From an uncultured virus (IMG/VR IMGVR_UViG_3300037458_001243) (Duplodnaviria; Heunggongvirae; Uroviricota; Caudoviricetes), in IMG/VR virus record IMGVR_UViG_3300037458_001243: DNA of 20,000 nt; one strand, 5' to 3'. A program made the position numbers and the translations under genes. The notes below the pieces were generated by a model. The model worked only from the letters and a program-made list of their open reading frames with translations, was not told the origin of the DNA and searched no databases. Shown in pieces: positions 7,984 through 16,450 of the stretch (the first letter of the stretch is position 1; every line of letters starts with the position of its first letter).

Positions 7984-8756
7984 TTTGGACGAATGACCTC
8001 TTCATAGTAAGGACGCCAAACTTTCAGTGCATAAGCATAACCGTCATCACACCGGGCGGGGTTCTCAGGAGTGCCTTGATTATGGGTACGCCGAAATGAG
8101 ACATGCTTGTGTGCGAACCAGGTCCGTTTATTCACGAGCAGTTTACCGCCTGCTTGCCAAGTTTTAAAGACCATTTCATGAGAATCCTGAATCAGCGGAC
8201 CATAATTCTCATGATCCAGTTCGCCAATTACCTGATCCCACCATGCCTTCCGCATCATCCAGCAAGACCCTTGCATGGACATGGTTTCATCCACTTCCAA
8301 ATGCGCCCGATCTCGCTCCCGCTGCCGCCAGTGCCGCCCCTCAAACTTCCTGTCGCCGCTGATCTCCAGCCGCTCGTAATCCCAGTGAGGTAGCGCCATA
8401 CATTCCCATTTTTCAGGGTCCAGGAAATACCGTCTCGGCGTAACGATAGCGTTTTCTTCACAGGACGATACTAACTCTACATCGTAGCCCTTTGCATACA
8501 TGCAATGCTCATCGGAGCGCATTAAATACTCACCCTTAGCCGCAGCCATACCAGCATTAATAGCGCGGCGCATCCCACGATTTTGCCCCAAGTGTAGATA
8601 CTTAACCCGCTTGTCCGTGTGTACCTTGTCCGCCCAATACCCATCCAGTACCGGAATAACCTCTATATCTCCCGCCGCGCCGTCCAGCAACGACTGGATA
8701 GTTTTATACAAATACGGGTCTTTATAGGATGGTATTACGATAGATACTAAAGCCAT
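7965..8756 (-). CDS. GT-A fold glycosyltransferase (GT2/ppGalNAc-T-like)
   Basis: Motifs VSIVIPSYKD, EVIPVLDG, NRGMRRAINAG, RSDEHC (DxH), QGSCW, EMVFKTWQAGG and AHKH. TAATG-coupled to the upstream adaptor gene. Confidence 0.9.
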   Translation of the reverse strand: MALVSIVIPSYKDPYLYKTIQSLLDGAAGDIEVIPVLDGYWADKVHTDKRVKYLHLGQNRGMRRAINAGMAAAKGEYLMRSDEHCMYAKGYDVELVSSCEENAIVTPRRYFLDPEKWECMALPHWDYERLEISGDRKFEGRHWRQRERDRAHLEVDETMSMQGSCWMMRKAWWDQVIGELDHENYGPLIQDSHEMVFKTWQAGGKLLVNKRTWFAHKHVSFRRTHNQGTPENPARCDDGYAYALKVWRPYYEEVIRPKWFGSA

Positions 8757-9118
8757 TATAGCTCCGCCTTAACCGGAATAACTGCGGTGTGGTCTATGTT
8801 GGTACGGCCTAAGTCTGGTGTGCCAGCTACAGTGCTGGTAATACGATGGGTGATAGTAACCTTAGTAGCACCCGCCGTTACTGAGAACTCTACGCCATAA
8901 CAATTCGTATAAGTATCTCCAAGGCTATCAACCACACTCCCTACGTCAGTACTATCAGTCACAATCGTTCCACCGACGATAGAAGCGTCATGCGTGGTGA
9001 TAGTCTCGTTCGCCCTCAACCAATCTTGGTAAGAAAAGTAAACCCAATCCGTAGAATCAGGGTCTATCGGATCATTTGTGCAAGTAACTATCCTTCGATT
9101 GTTGTGTACGTATGCCAT
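8756..9118 (-). CDS. Putative phage fiber-tail adaptor protein
   Basis: 120 aa with a GAGG RBS. The DPDSTDWVYFSYQDWLRANETI pattern resembles the 'DP....Y.FDW..WL..GETI' small adaptor proteins that follow fibre genes in tailed phages. Confidence 0.6.
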   Translation of the reverse strand: MAYVHNNRRIVTCTNDPIDPDSTDWVYFSYQDWLRANETITTHDASIVGGTIVTDSTDVGSVVDSLGDTYTNCYGVEFSVTAGATKVTITHRITSTVAGTPDLGRTNIDHTAVIPVKAEL

Positions 9119-9132
9119 GCTAAAACCTCATA

Positions 9133-12100
9133 TTAAGCTGCAATTAGGGTAACCCGATCATTGTCATTGATAGCAATAAGCCGTTCACTGCCGTTAATAG
9201 TAATCAGCCTTTCGTTGTCACAAATATTAATAATTATATTATTTTTGTTGATTACATTAATTATCCGTCCGGTAGGAACTTCCGGCGGAGTACTTGGTGA
9301 CGCTGACGGTGACACCGACGGTGAAACCGACGGTGATAGCGACGCCGATGGGCTTACCGATGGGCTTACCGATGGACTAAATGACGCTGACAGCGATGGA
9401 CTAAACGATGGAGATAACGAAGCCGATGGGCTTTCCGACGGCGATTCAGAGGGGCTTTCAGACGGGCTAAACGAAGGGCTAAGCGACGCCGATGGGCTAG
9501 TTGATGGTGACTCAGAGGGGCTAGCCGAAGGTGACTCAGAGGGGCTAGCCGAAGGTGACTCTGATGAACTTAACGACGGCGACTCTGACGGGCTTTCAGA
9601 GGGGCTAAATGACGGCGACAATGAAGCCGACGGAGATTCCGATGGAGATTCGGACGGGCTTTCAGACGGGCTAAACGACGGTGACTCAGACGGACTTTTC
9701 GACGGTGATAGCGACGCCGATGGACTCTCAGACGGCGACAGCGATGCTGACAATGATGGTGACAGCGAAGCCGAAGGCGAAATCGAAGGACTCTCTGACG
9801 GAGATTCTGATGGGCTCTCCGAAGGGCTTAAAGAAGGTGATAGTGAGAGACTAGCCGACGAAGACTCAGATGGACTTAATGAAGGGCTAGCCGACGGAGA
9901 CTGCGAAGGACTTAGCGAAGCCGACGGGCTTTCTGAAGGAGAAAGCGATGGAGACTCTGACGGACTAAAGCTCGGACTATAGGAAGAGCCAATCGACGGC
10001 GATGCCGAGGGTGATATCGACGGACTGATGGATGCCGACGGACTTTCAGACGGAGATTCCGAAGGGGACTCAGATGGACTTAACGAGGGCGACAGCGAAG
10101 CAGAGGGAGATTCCGAAGGGGATAGCGAAGATGACAGCGATGGACTTATAGACGGAGATTCAGAAGGACTTAATGAAGATGACAGTGACGGTGACAGGGA
10201 CGGTGATAGAGACGCCGACGGAGACTCAGAAGGACTAAGTGATGGGCTTAGAGAAGGCGATAACGAAGCTGACGGTGATTCTGAGGGCGATAAAGACGGA
10301 CTAAATGAAGGGCTTATCGACGGTGACTTAGAAGGACTGATCGAGGCCGATAGTGAGGGACTAGCCGATGGGGATTTCGAAGGGCTTAAAGACGGAGAAA
10401 AAGAAGCCGACGGAGACTGCGAAGGCGACAGAGAAGGCGACAGCGACGGACTTAACGATAGGCTTAGCGATGGGCTGAGCGATGGGCTTTCTGACGGGCT
10501 CGCCGAAGGCGACAGCGATGCTGAGGGTGATTCAGACGGCGACAACGACGCCGACAGTGACGGACTCAGCGATGGTGATTCTGAAGGACTAAGTGACGCC
10601 GACAGCGATGGGCTTAATGATGGAGATAGCGAGGCCGACGGAGACTCAGATGGACTAAGTGATGGGCTAGCAGAAGGACTTGCCGAAGGGCTAAGTGATG
10701 GAGACTCAGACGGACTTTTAGAAGGACTTAAAGATGGTGATAGTGAAGCTGATGGAGACTCAGATGGAGACAGCGAAGCCGATAACGACGGACTTAGTGA
10801 TGGACTAAGCGAAGCCGATAACGACGGACTAAGCGAAGCTGACGGACTCTCAGATGGTGACGCCGACGGAGATTCCGAAGGACTTAAACTCGGACTATAT
10901 GAAGAACCAAGCGACGGTGATGCTGATGGTGATATAGATGGGCTTAAAGACGGTGACGCTGATGGGCTAAGCGATGCCGATGGACTCTCAGACGGCGATA
11001 ACGATGGTGATTCAGAGGGTGATATCGACGGGCTCAGCGAGGGTGATAATGACGCCGAAGGCGACTCCGATGGTGAAACCGAAGGAGATAACGAAGGAGA
11101 TTCAGAAGGGCTTTCCGACGGTGATAGCGACGGACTAAAGCTCGGGCTTAATGAGGGTGAAAGCGAAGCCGACGGACTCTCAGACGGACTCAGTGATGGA
11201 GATAATGAAGGACTAATGGACGGTGATTTAGAAGGCGATAATGATGGTGATAAAGATGCCGAAGGGCTTTCAGAGGGGCTAAATGACGGCGACAGCGACG
11301 GACTTAGTGACGCGCTAAGAGATGGAGACAGTGATGGACTAAGCGACGCCGAGGGTGATTCCGAAGGGCTTAATGAAGGACTTAAAGACGGACTTAAAGA
11401 CGGACTTAGAGATGGAGACTCCGATGGACTCAACGACGGGCTTAAAGATGCTGATGGGCTTTCTGATGGACTTAATGATGAAGATAATGATGGCGATAAC
11501 GAAGGGCTAAATGACGGACTTATCGAAGGGCTTAACGATGCCGAGGGTGATTCTGACGCCGATAGCGACGGGCTGAGTGACGGGCTCTTCGACGGAGAAA
11601 TCGAAGGCGACTCCGACGGGCTTAATGACGCCGATGGGGATTCCGAGGGAGAAAGAGACGCTGATAACGACGGGCTTATAGATGGACTAGCTGATGGGCT
11701 AAACGATGGTGACTCTGATGGCGACGCAGACAGACTTAGTGATGGAGACAGCGACGCCGACGGAGACTCAGAAGGCGATAAGGACGGGCTAAGCGACGGG
11801 CTTATAGATGGTGATTCTGACGGACTTAATGAAGGACTTAAAGACGCTGACGGCGATTCAGATGGAGACTCTGAAGGTGATATTGATGGACTAACCGACG
11901 GAGATAGTGAAGGACTTAAAGACGGAGATAGTGACGCCGAAGGAGATTCAGATGGTGACTCAGACGGACTTATAGACGAACTTAGCGATGGGCTTTCTGA
12001 TGGACTTTCTGAGGGAGATAAGGACGCCGATAACGAAGGGCTAAAGGAAGCTGACGGAGATTCTGAGGGGCTTAAAGACGCACTTATTACAGCAGTCCTT

Positions 12101-13497
12101 ACTACAACATCCTCAACATACTGTGTAGGAATTATTGATGGGGATTCAGACGGACTCTCTGACGGAGATTCAGACGGGCTCTCTGACGGAGACGCCGATG
12201 AACTTAATGAGGGACTCAGCGATGGTGATAGTGACGGGCTAAGCGAAGGACTAAATGACGGAGAGCTAGACGGAGACGCCGATGAACTTAATGAGGGACT
12301 CAGCGATGGTGATAGTGACGGGCTAAGCGAAGGACTAAATGACGGAGAGCTAGACGGAGAGATAGATGGCGATAGCGAATATGAAGCGCCACCCGCCGCC
12401 AAGTAAACTTTATTAAGATATAATAAATGAGTATCAGTACCATTGCTAGTATGAATAATTCTTATTCTACAATTTCCTGATGAAAAATAATCCGCACCTG
12501 CCAATAAATAAAATACGTAGTTTTGTTCTACCGCCGATGATGGGAAGTCATTGGTATTACTTGTAACGTCTACCCAAGAAGTGCTTGTATAGTTCCACTG
12601 CTGTAATTTAACAACGTGAGCAGGATTACCTTCATATTTACCTAAAATATAAAGATCGACATTTGTGCTTGGAATATCATCATACTGTCCGAACTCGAAA
12701 TCGTAGGTAAATCCACCACCCGTCGTAGGATTGGTATAAACCCCAGTAACTTCTGTTAATATTAAACTACTCTCAGCGATATTATCCCGATAAACATTCT
12801 TTAGTGCGCCAGAACTTATAGCACCCTTAGTTAGCGTCAAACTCGAAGGATTCCACCAATCGGTCGCTGGCGGCGATACTGATGGCGAAAACGAAGGACT
12901 GGTGGTCGGTGATACCGATGGAGATAAAGAAGGACTAACAGACGGACTTAAAGAAGGACTAACAGACGGACTTAAAGAAGGACTAACAGACGGGGATGAA
13001 GAAGGGCTGATTGATGGACTAAGCGACGCCGACGGATAAGTATAAGTAATCTCTAATCTGACTGAGTAAAGTCTAATCTGCGGGTTAGCATCGGTAGAAT
13101 AAATACCAATAGCCGCTATGCTATTAGCGCTTGCTGCCGACCAGACGGTTTCGTCAACCGGATTGGCAGTCCAGGTAGTGGTATGTAATTCAGTTACGCC
13201 GTTTGTTAAGTTCGATGCACCAGCATTGTAATAACTGGACCCGATCTTAATACGCCCGCCACTATTACAAGTTGAGCCTGACTTATATCGGTAATGATGT
13301 ACTTTAACTGTTATGTTGGTAGCGCCGGTAGGAACCGTAGGAGCGCTGATATTCCAGGTGGCATTGCCAGCGGTCGTACCATGCGTCAGGTAGTTACTAC
13401 TGGAATCAGGATAGTCATTAATCGTGCTGACAGTTGTGGCAGACCACGTACCTGAGCTGGTATCAAAACTGGTAGGGTCGCGGGTTAAAGTAGCCAT
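9133..13497 (-). CDS. 1454-aa mucin-like virion/fibre protein: two beta-rich N-terminal domains, (S-P-S-x)n tracts and a short C-terminal anchor-like segment
   Basis: Continuous ORF, TAATG-coupled to the upstream gene. Unique domains at about aa 1-155 and 211-370. SPSx repeats at about aa 156-210 and 371-1403. C-terminal RIINV..NIIINI..ERLITI..ERLIAI..DRVTLI repeats. No signal peptide. Confidence 0.85.
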   Translation of the reverse strand: MATLTRDPTSFDTSSGTWSATTVSTINDYPDSSSNYLTHGTTAGNATWNISAPTVPTGATNITVKVHHYRYKSGSTCNSGGRIKIGSSYYNAGASNLTNGVTELHTTTWTANPVDETVWSAASANSIAAIGIYSTDANPQIRLYSVRLEITYTYPSASLSPSISPSSSPSVSPSLSPSVSPSLSPSVSPSLSPSVSPTTSPSFSPSVSPPATDWWNPSSLTLTKGAISSGALKNVYRDNIAESSLILTEVTGVYTNPTTGGGFTYDFEFGQYDDIPSTNVDLYILGKYEGNPAHVVKLQQWNYTSTSWVDVTSNTNDFPSSAVEQNYVFYLLAGADYFSSGNCRIRIIHTSNGTDTHLLYLNKVYLAAGGASYSLSPSISPSSSPSFSPSLSPSLSPSLSPSLSSSASPSSSPSFSPSLSPSLSPSLSPSLSSSASPSESPSESPSESPSESPSIIPTQYVEDVVVRTAVISASLSPSESPSASFSPSLSASLSPSESPSESPSLSSSISPSESPSESPSASLSPSLSPSLSPSVSPSISPSESPSESPSASLSPSLSPSESPSISPSLSPSLSPSESPSASLSPSLSLSASPSESPSFSPSASPSISPSLSASLSPSESPSASLSPSESPSISPSKSPSLSPSLSASESPSASLSPSISPSFSPSLSPSLSSSLSPSESPSASLSPSLSPSESPSLSPSLSPSLSPSLSPSESPSASLSPSLSPSLSASLSPSLSPSFSPSESPSASLSPSLSPSKSPSISPSLSPSLSPSESPSASLSPSLSPSFSPSLSPSESPSESPSLSPSVSPSESPSASLSPSLSPSISPSESPSLSPSESPSASLSPSASPSLSPSISPSASPSLGSSYSPSLSPSESPSASPSESPSASLSPSLSASLSPSLSPSLSASLSPSESPSASLSPSLSPSKSPSESPSLSPSASPSASPSLSPSESPSASLSPSLSPSLSASLSPSESPSLSPSLSASLSPSESPSASLSPSASPSESPSLSPSLSLSLSPSLSPSLSPSQSPSASFSPSLSPSKSPSASPSLSASISPSKSPSISPSFSPSLSPSESPSASLSPSLSPSLSPSESPSASLSPSLSPSLSSSLSPSESPSISPSLSSSLSPSESPSASLSPSLSPSESPSESPSESPSASISPSISPSASPSIGSSYSPSFSPSESPSLSPSESPSASLSPSQSPSASPSLSPSESSSASLSLSPSLSPSESPSESPSESPSISPSASLSPSLSASLSPSESPSASLSPSKSPSESPSFSPSESPSESPSESPSASLSPSFSPSESPSESPSLSSSESPSASPSESPSASPSESPSTSPSASLSPSFSPSESPSESPSESPSASLSPSFSPSLSASFSPSVSPSVSPSASLSPSVSPSVSPSASPSTPPEVPTGRIINVINKNNIIINICDNERLITINGSERLIAINDNDRVTLIAA
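9290..12386 (-). repeat. Degenerate 12-bp-period coding repeat, roughly 250 S-P-S-x / S-A-S-L tetrapeptides
   Basis: Translation shows SPSL, SPSE, SPSA, SPSI, SPSF, SPSK and SPSV units. The DNA has 12-bp periodicity with shuffled synonymous codons. Confidence 0.95.
12185..12360. repeat. Perfect 84-bp tandem duplication within the SPSx tract
   Basis: The unit beginning gacggagacgccgatgaacttaatgagg starts at 12185 and again at 12269. A partial third start (gacggaga) is at 12353. Confidence 0.9.
12868..13032 (-). repeat. First SPSx tract (interdomain linker), including a 24-bp tandem repeat of about 2.9 copies
   Basis: taaagaaggactaacagacggact at 12925 and 12949, partial at 12973. Encodes (SPSVSPSL)n. 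Confidence 0.9.
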
Positions 13498-14546
13498 TAC
13501 AAGGTACTCGTTACCTTAATTTGTAAATAACCAAGACTGTCAAATGCCACTGTATAGTCTTGCCACTCTGCTGCTTCGCAGGCTACTAATGTTGCCCCAT
13601 GCCGATAATCCAGATTGATCGTATCGCCTGCTGAATAGACGTTATATTCAATCTTTACCCTAACTGCATCCGTATAAACAACCTCGGAGATCATATACTC
13701 CGTTGCTTCCAAAGCAAGGCGTTCGGTATCGGCGGTGCCAGGATTTTCTATAGCACCCGTTCCCGTCCAGTTATTCTCAAAATTACGTATAACAGACTCC
13801 GATACACCCGTATCGTGTCCCCATACTATAGGGAACCCAGCGGGAGATGAAGATATTGATGGGCTTAATGATGGAGATAATGATGGACTTAATGATGGAG
13901 ATAATGATGGAGATAATGACGGACTAACGGATGGACTTAAAGATGGACTTAAAGATGCTGATGGAGATGCTGATGGACTTAAAGATGCACTTGCTTCATA
14001 TTCAAACGCACCAATATCCCACTGTGCGCCGCTGCCACCACGATCTGTACCAACAATATCAACTTGAAACGGGTAAGTAGCATCGTTGTATAGATTAGTA
14101 CCATAACCCAAAGCTACTGTGTCACTTGAAGCAAGAGCAAAGTTGTCGGCACCTTCATCGACAAAAGCAACACTACCAGTTCTTGAATTTGCGCCAGGAG
14201 CGTTAGACGTAATATCAGAGCAATTATAATCTGATCCAGTCCCCCAGCGCCACCCTGCAACAAACCCTTCGTTACAATCCTGTACTATACAATTTTTAAC
14301 TACTGTCTGATTTGCGTCAGACACGCCGTCATCAGGCAAATAAAATCCATAATAGCAGTTATGTGCAGTATTGTTGAACCACCGTTGACCTATAAAGCCA
14401 TTTTGTTTGCTAATTCCTAGGCCCCGGCTGGCTGTACCTACGTCGTAGACCACACAATTCACACAAACACTATTATCACCACCTATCTGACACCCTTCTG
14501 GATAGTCTCCAGCAGATCGGGTGCCTCTAAGAATACAAGATGACAA
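13497..14546 (-). CDS. C-terminal part of a beta-helix-like virion protein, with SPSx linker and C-terminal beta-sandwich (probably joined to 14483-14977 by a -1 frameshift)
   Basis: TTG start with no evident RBS. Beta-helix-type repeats (CVNCVVYD, FNNTAHNCYYG, VKNCIVQDC) and the DIVGTDR...WDIGAFEY motif, then an SPSx tract and a unique ~110-aa domain. Confidence 0.75.
   Translation of the reverse strand: MSSCILRGTRSAGDYPEGCQIGGDNSVCVNCVVYDVGTASRGLGISKQNGFIGQRWFNNTAHNCYYGFYLPDDGVSDANQTVVKNCIVQDCNEGFVAGWRWGTGSDYNCSDITSNAPGANSRTGSVAFVDEGADNFALASSDTVALGYGTNLYNDATYPFQVDIVGTDRGGSGAQWDIGAFEYEASASLSPSASPSASLSPSLSPSVSPSLSPSLSPSLSPSLSPSLSPSISSSPAGFPIVWGHDTGVSESVIRNFENNWTGTGAIENPGTADTERLALEATEYMISEVVYTDAVRVKIEYNVYSAGDTINLDYRHGATLVACEAAEWQDYTVAFDSLGYLQIKVTSTL
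13843..13995 (-). repeat. SPSx linker tract in the beta-helix protein
   Basis: Encodes ASASLSPSASPSASLSPSLSPSVSPSL...ISSSP. AT-rich 12-bp units such as gatggagataat and gatggacttaaa. Confidence 0.9.
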
Positions 14547-14977
14547 TAAAAACCAGCAGTACCAGAACCAGCAAGGCGTATTAACCCTGGATGGTAGTCA
14601 CCTGTTGAAGTTGTGGTATTATAAATCTGTAATCCGATTACCTGTGTGTAAGACTCAGTACTTTCCAGTAGGAAACCATCGGCTCTCGACAACGCAAGTC
14701 TATATTTATTGCCAGTCTGATAAGTGCCATCGTGCCGGTAAGATTCAGCCGGATCAGTCCAAATCTTGACGTATTGTGTGGCAGATGTTGTCCATCCATC
14801 AACTAAAACCGCTGTACTATCTGCTGTCCCTCCTGTACAACGGCATTTTGCTACTGCGATTTCATTTCGTACACCAGTTAGATCACCCTGTTCTCCAGCT
14901 TCCCAATCGTACAGCGAATCATAATCGTAACCAGACCCCATATCGGGGTCTACAACATGAACGACCTCAGTAGCCAT
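14483..14977 (-). CDS. N-terminal part of the beta-helix-like virion protein
   Basis: ATG lies 1 nt after the upstream stop. Motifs DYDSLYDWEA, DGWTTSATQYVKIW, RHDG and YTQVIGLQI are typical of the N-terminal cap of phage beta-helix virion proteins. Overlaps the downstream ORF by 64 nt in a different frame. Confidence 0.75.
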   Translation of the reverse strand: MATEVVHVVDPDMGSGYDYDSLYDWEAGEQGDLTGVRNEIAVAKCRCTGGTADSTAVLVDGWTTSATQYVKIWTDPAESYRHDGTYQTGNKYRLALSRADGFLLESTESYTQVIGLQIYNTTTSTGDYHPGLIRLAGSGTAGFYCHLVFLEAPDLLETIQKGVR

Positions 14978-14978
14978 T

Positions 14979-15794
14979 TTAGACTACCTGATGATCTATT
15001 ACGGCAGCAAGTAGTTGTGCCTTTGTATAAGTCACCACACCACCTGCCGCGATAATGGCATCCACCGCAGCGGATGAAATTGAATAGCGATGTCGTTTGT
15101 ACACCTTCTCCAATGCATGTTTCACGTCAGAACGAAATTTGGCTAGTACCACTGACCTCTCCAAATTAAACCGCACAGTAGTTGCTGTTGTTTCTATAAC
15201 AGTGCCGCCTTGCTGAACTACACGTTGCGACACAGCAGCTACCTTAGTAGATTCATTAACTATAGTTACTGTAATATCTGCTACACCAGTTGTCGCATTG
15301 TAGTTATTGAGGACAAATGCAGCTTTTGCGGATATATTGTCAACATCCCAAAAGCCTTCACTCTGTGCGGCTTGCCACAACCGAAAATCAAATTGTACAG
15401 AATTAGTAGTTGCGGAGATATTGTTACATCCCCACTTTACTAACCACGCCTGAACTTTATTAAGCGTTATTTGATTCTGATTAGAAGCACCTGCATTTTT
15501 CTCAAAAACCCGTACTGTATACCGCCCTTGAGCGGCATTACTACCTAAGATTTCATAATCAAAATCATCGCGCCACGCCCGACGATAATCGGCAGTTGCC
15601 GCTTCCTCAAAAGAAATCCCTGGGCATTTCACTACGACAAACTTAACCGGATATTGTGACTGTGCCCAACCTGGTGTGTCACTCCAACCATCAGGTTTGT
15701 AATTAACAAAATCCCCTTTCTTATGCACCCCACGCCGGTCTTTATCGGAGTCTGTATGAGCATAGTCACTACGCTTGAAAATAAATTCGCTCAT
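14979..15794 (-). CDS. 271-aa hypothetical protein
   Basis: Operonic spacing on both sides. Possible weak internal duplication (DYEILGSNAAQGRYTVRV...SVQFDF vs AFVLNNYNATTGVADITV...TVRFNL). Confidence 0.75.
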   Translation of the reverse strand: MSEFIFKRSDYAHTDSDKDRRGVHKKGDFVNYKPDGWSDTPGWAQSQYPVKFVVVKCPGISFEEAATADYRRAWRDDFDYEILGSNAAQGRYTVRVFEKNAGASNQNQITLNKVQAWLVKWGCNNISATTNSVQFDFRLWQAAQSEGFWDVDNISAKAAFVLNNYNATTGVADITVTIVNESTKVAAVSQRVVQQGGTVIETTATTVRFNLERSVVLAKFRSDVKHALEKVYKRHRYSISSAAVDAIIAAGGVVTYTKAQLLAAVIDHQVV

Positions 15795-15797
15795 AGT

Positions 15798-16067
15798 TCA
15801 CTTTCTCACGTGCACATACTTTTTACAATCCAGCAAAGGAAGTCCCGATTGCTGGAATCCAATGCTGTGCGTGGCAAGTAAGTTTTGGAACTCGCACAAT
15901 TCAACCCCATCATAAGCAGTAAACCGTGGCCCGGCGTTTACAAACGCCTCCAGCTTTTCCTGCTGCGCTATGCTGATTCGATGGTCGTTGTACCACCAGC
16001 CGAAACCTAATGCGCCAATAGCAGCAAAGATAATAATAAAAATGATACGGTTTACCATTATCGCCAA
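15798..16067 (-). CDS. Small N-terminally membrane-anchored protein (possible lysis accessory)
   Basis: IIFIIIFAAIGALGFGWWY transmembrane segment followed by a soluble domain with two Cys. Confidence 0.65.
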   Translation of the reverse strand: MAIMVNRIIFIIIFAAIGALGFGWWYNDHRISIAQQEKLEAFVNAGPRFTAYDGVELCEFQNLLATHSIGFQQSGLPLLDCKKYVHVRK

Positions 16068-16450
16068 CCAAAATAGCTCTTTATAACAATCACAATCGAG
16101 GTTCCAATAATACCCGCCATCGTTGCCAACATTGCGTAAAAACCTTTTTTAGCTGCATCCCGAAACAACCCACCAAAAGTAAGATCATCCCGAAAACCTT
16201 GAAGTTGCTTTGGGTCATTTACATCAACACCAAGAAGCCCAAAAGCCTGCTTCACAGCCATATCAACTGCCTGATGAGCAACTTTCATCTCGCTAGCTTC
16301 TAACCGCCTCTCGATCCTGTGATCTAACCCAATTAGCTCACTTTCTACCCGCTGCGCCAAATCATCCAACCGCGAATGAAGTAAATCCAATTCCCGGCGA
16401 TGTGACCGTTCAAGCTCATGACGTAGCGAGTTAGGGTCGTCATTTGGCAT
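16058..16450 (-). CDS. Coiled-coil protein with C-terminal transmembrane helix (holin-like/membrane protein)
   Basis: N-terminal heptad-like charged helix, LLGVDVNDP motif, and hydrophobic GFYAMLATMAGIIGTSIVIVI C-terminus. Confidence 0.7.
   Translation of the reverse strand: MPNDDPNSLRHELERSHRRELDLLHSRLDDLAQRVESELIGLDHRIERRLEASEMKVAHQAVDMAVKQAFGLLGVDVNDPKQLQGFRDDLTFGGLFRDAAKKGFYAMLATMAGIIGTSIVIVIKSYFGWR

Noticed and set aside
4507..8756. Glycosyltransferases as DNA-hypermodification or O-antigen seroconversion enzymes
   Set aside because: No base hydroxymethylase, kinase, GtrA flippase or membrane-bound transferase is in view, and the genes are coupled to virion genes. Disfavoured rather than excluded.
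9970..10912. YSPSxSPS resemblance to the RNA polymerase II CTD heptad (YSPTSPS)
   Set aside because: Only two such Tyr motifs occur and the period is 4, not 7. The context is a prokaryotic phage operon.
9161..12406. Long plus-strand Asp/Gly/Glu/Ser-rich ORFs (273 aa and 792 aa, GDSEGLSD repeats)
   Set aside because: These are antisense shadows of the SPSx repeat, which rarely produces stops in that frame. They begin and end with the repeat, have no unique domains, and oppose the operon direction.
9290..13032. CRISPR array or DGR template/variable repeats
   Set aside because: The repeats are in-frame coding units without unique spacers or adenine-specific variation. No cas or reverse transcriptase gene is in the window.
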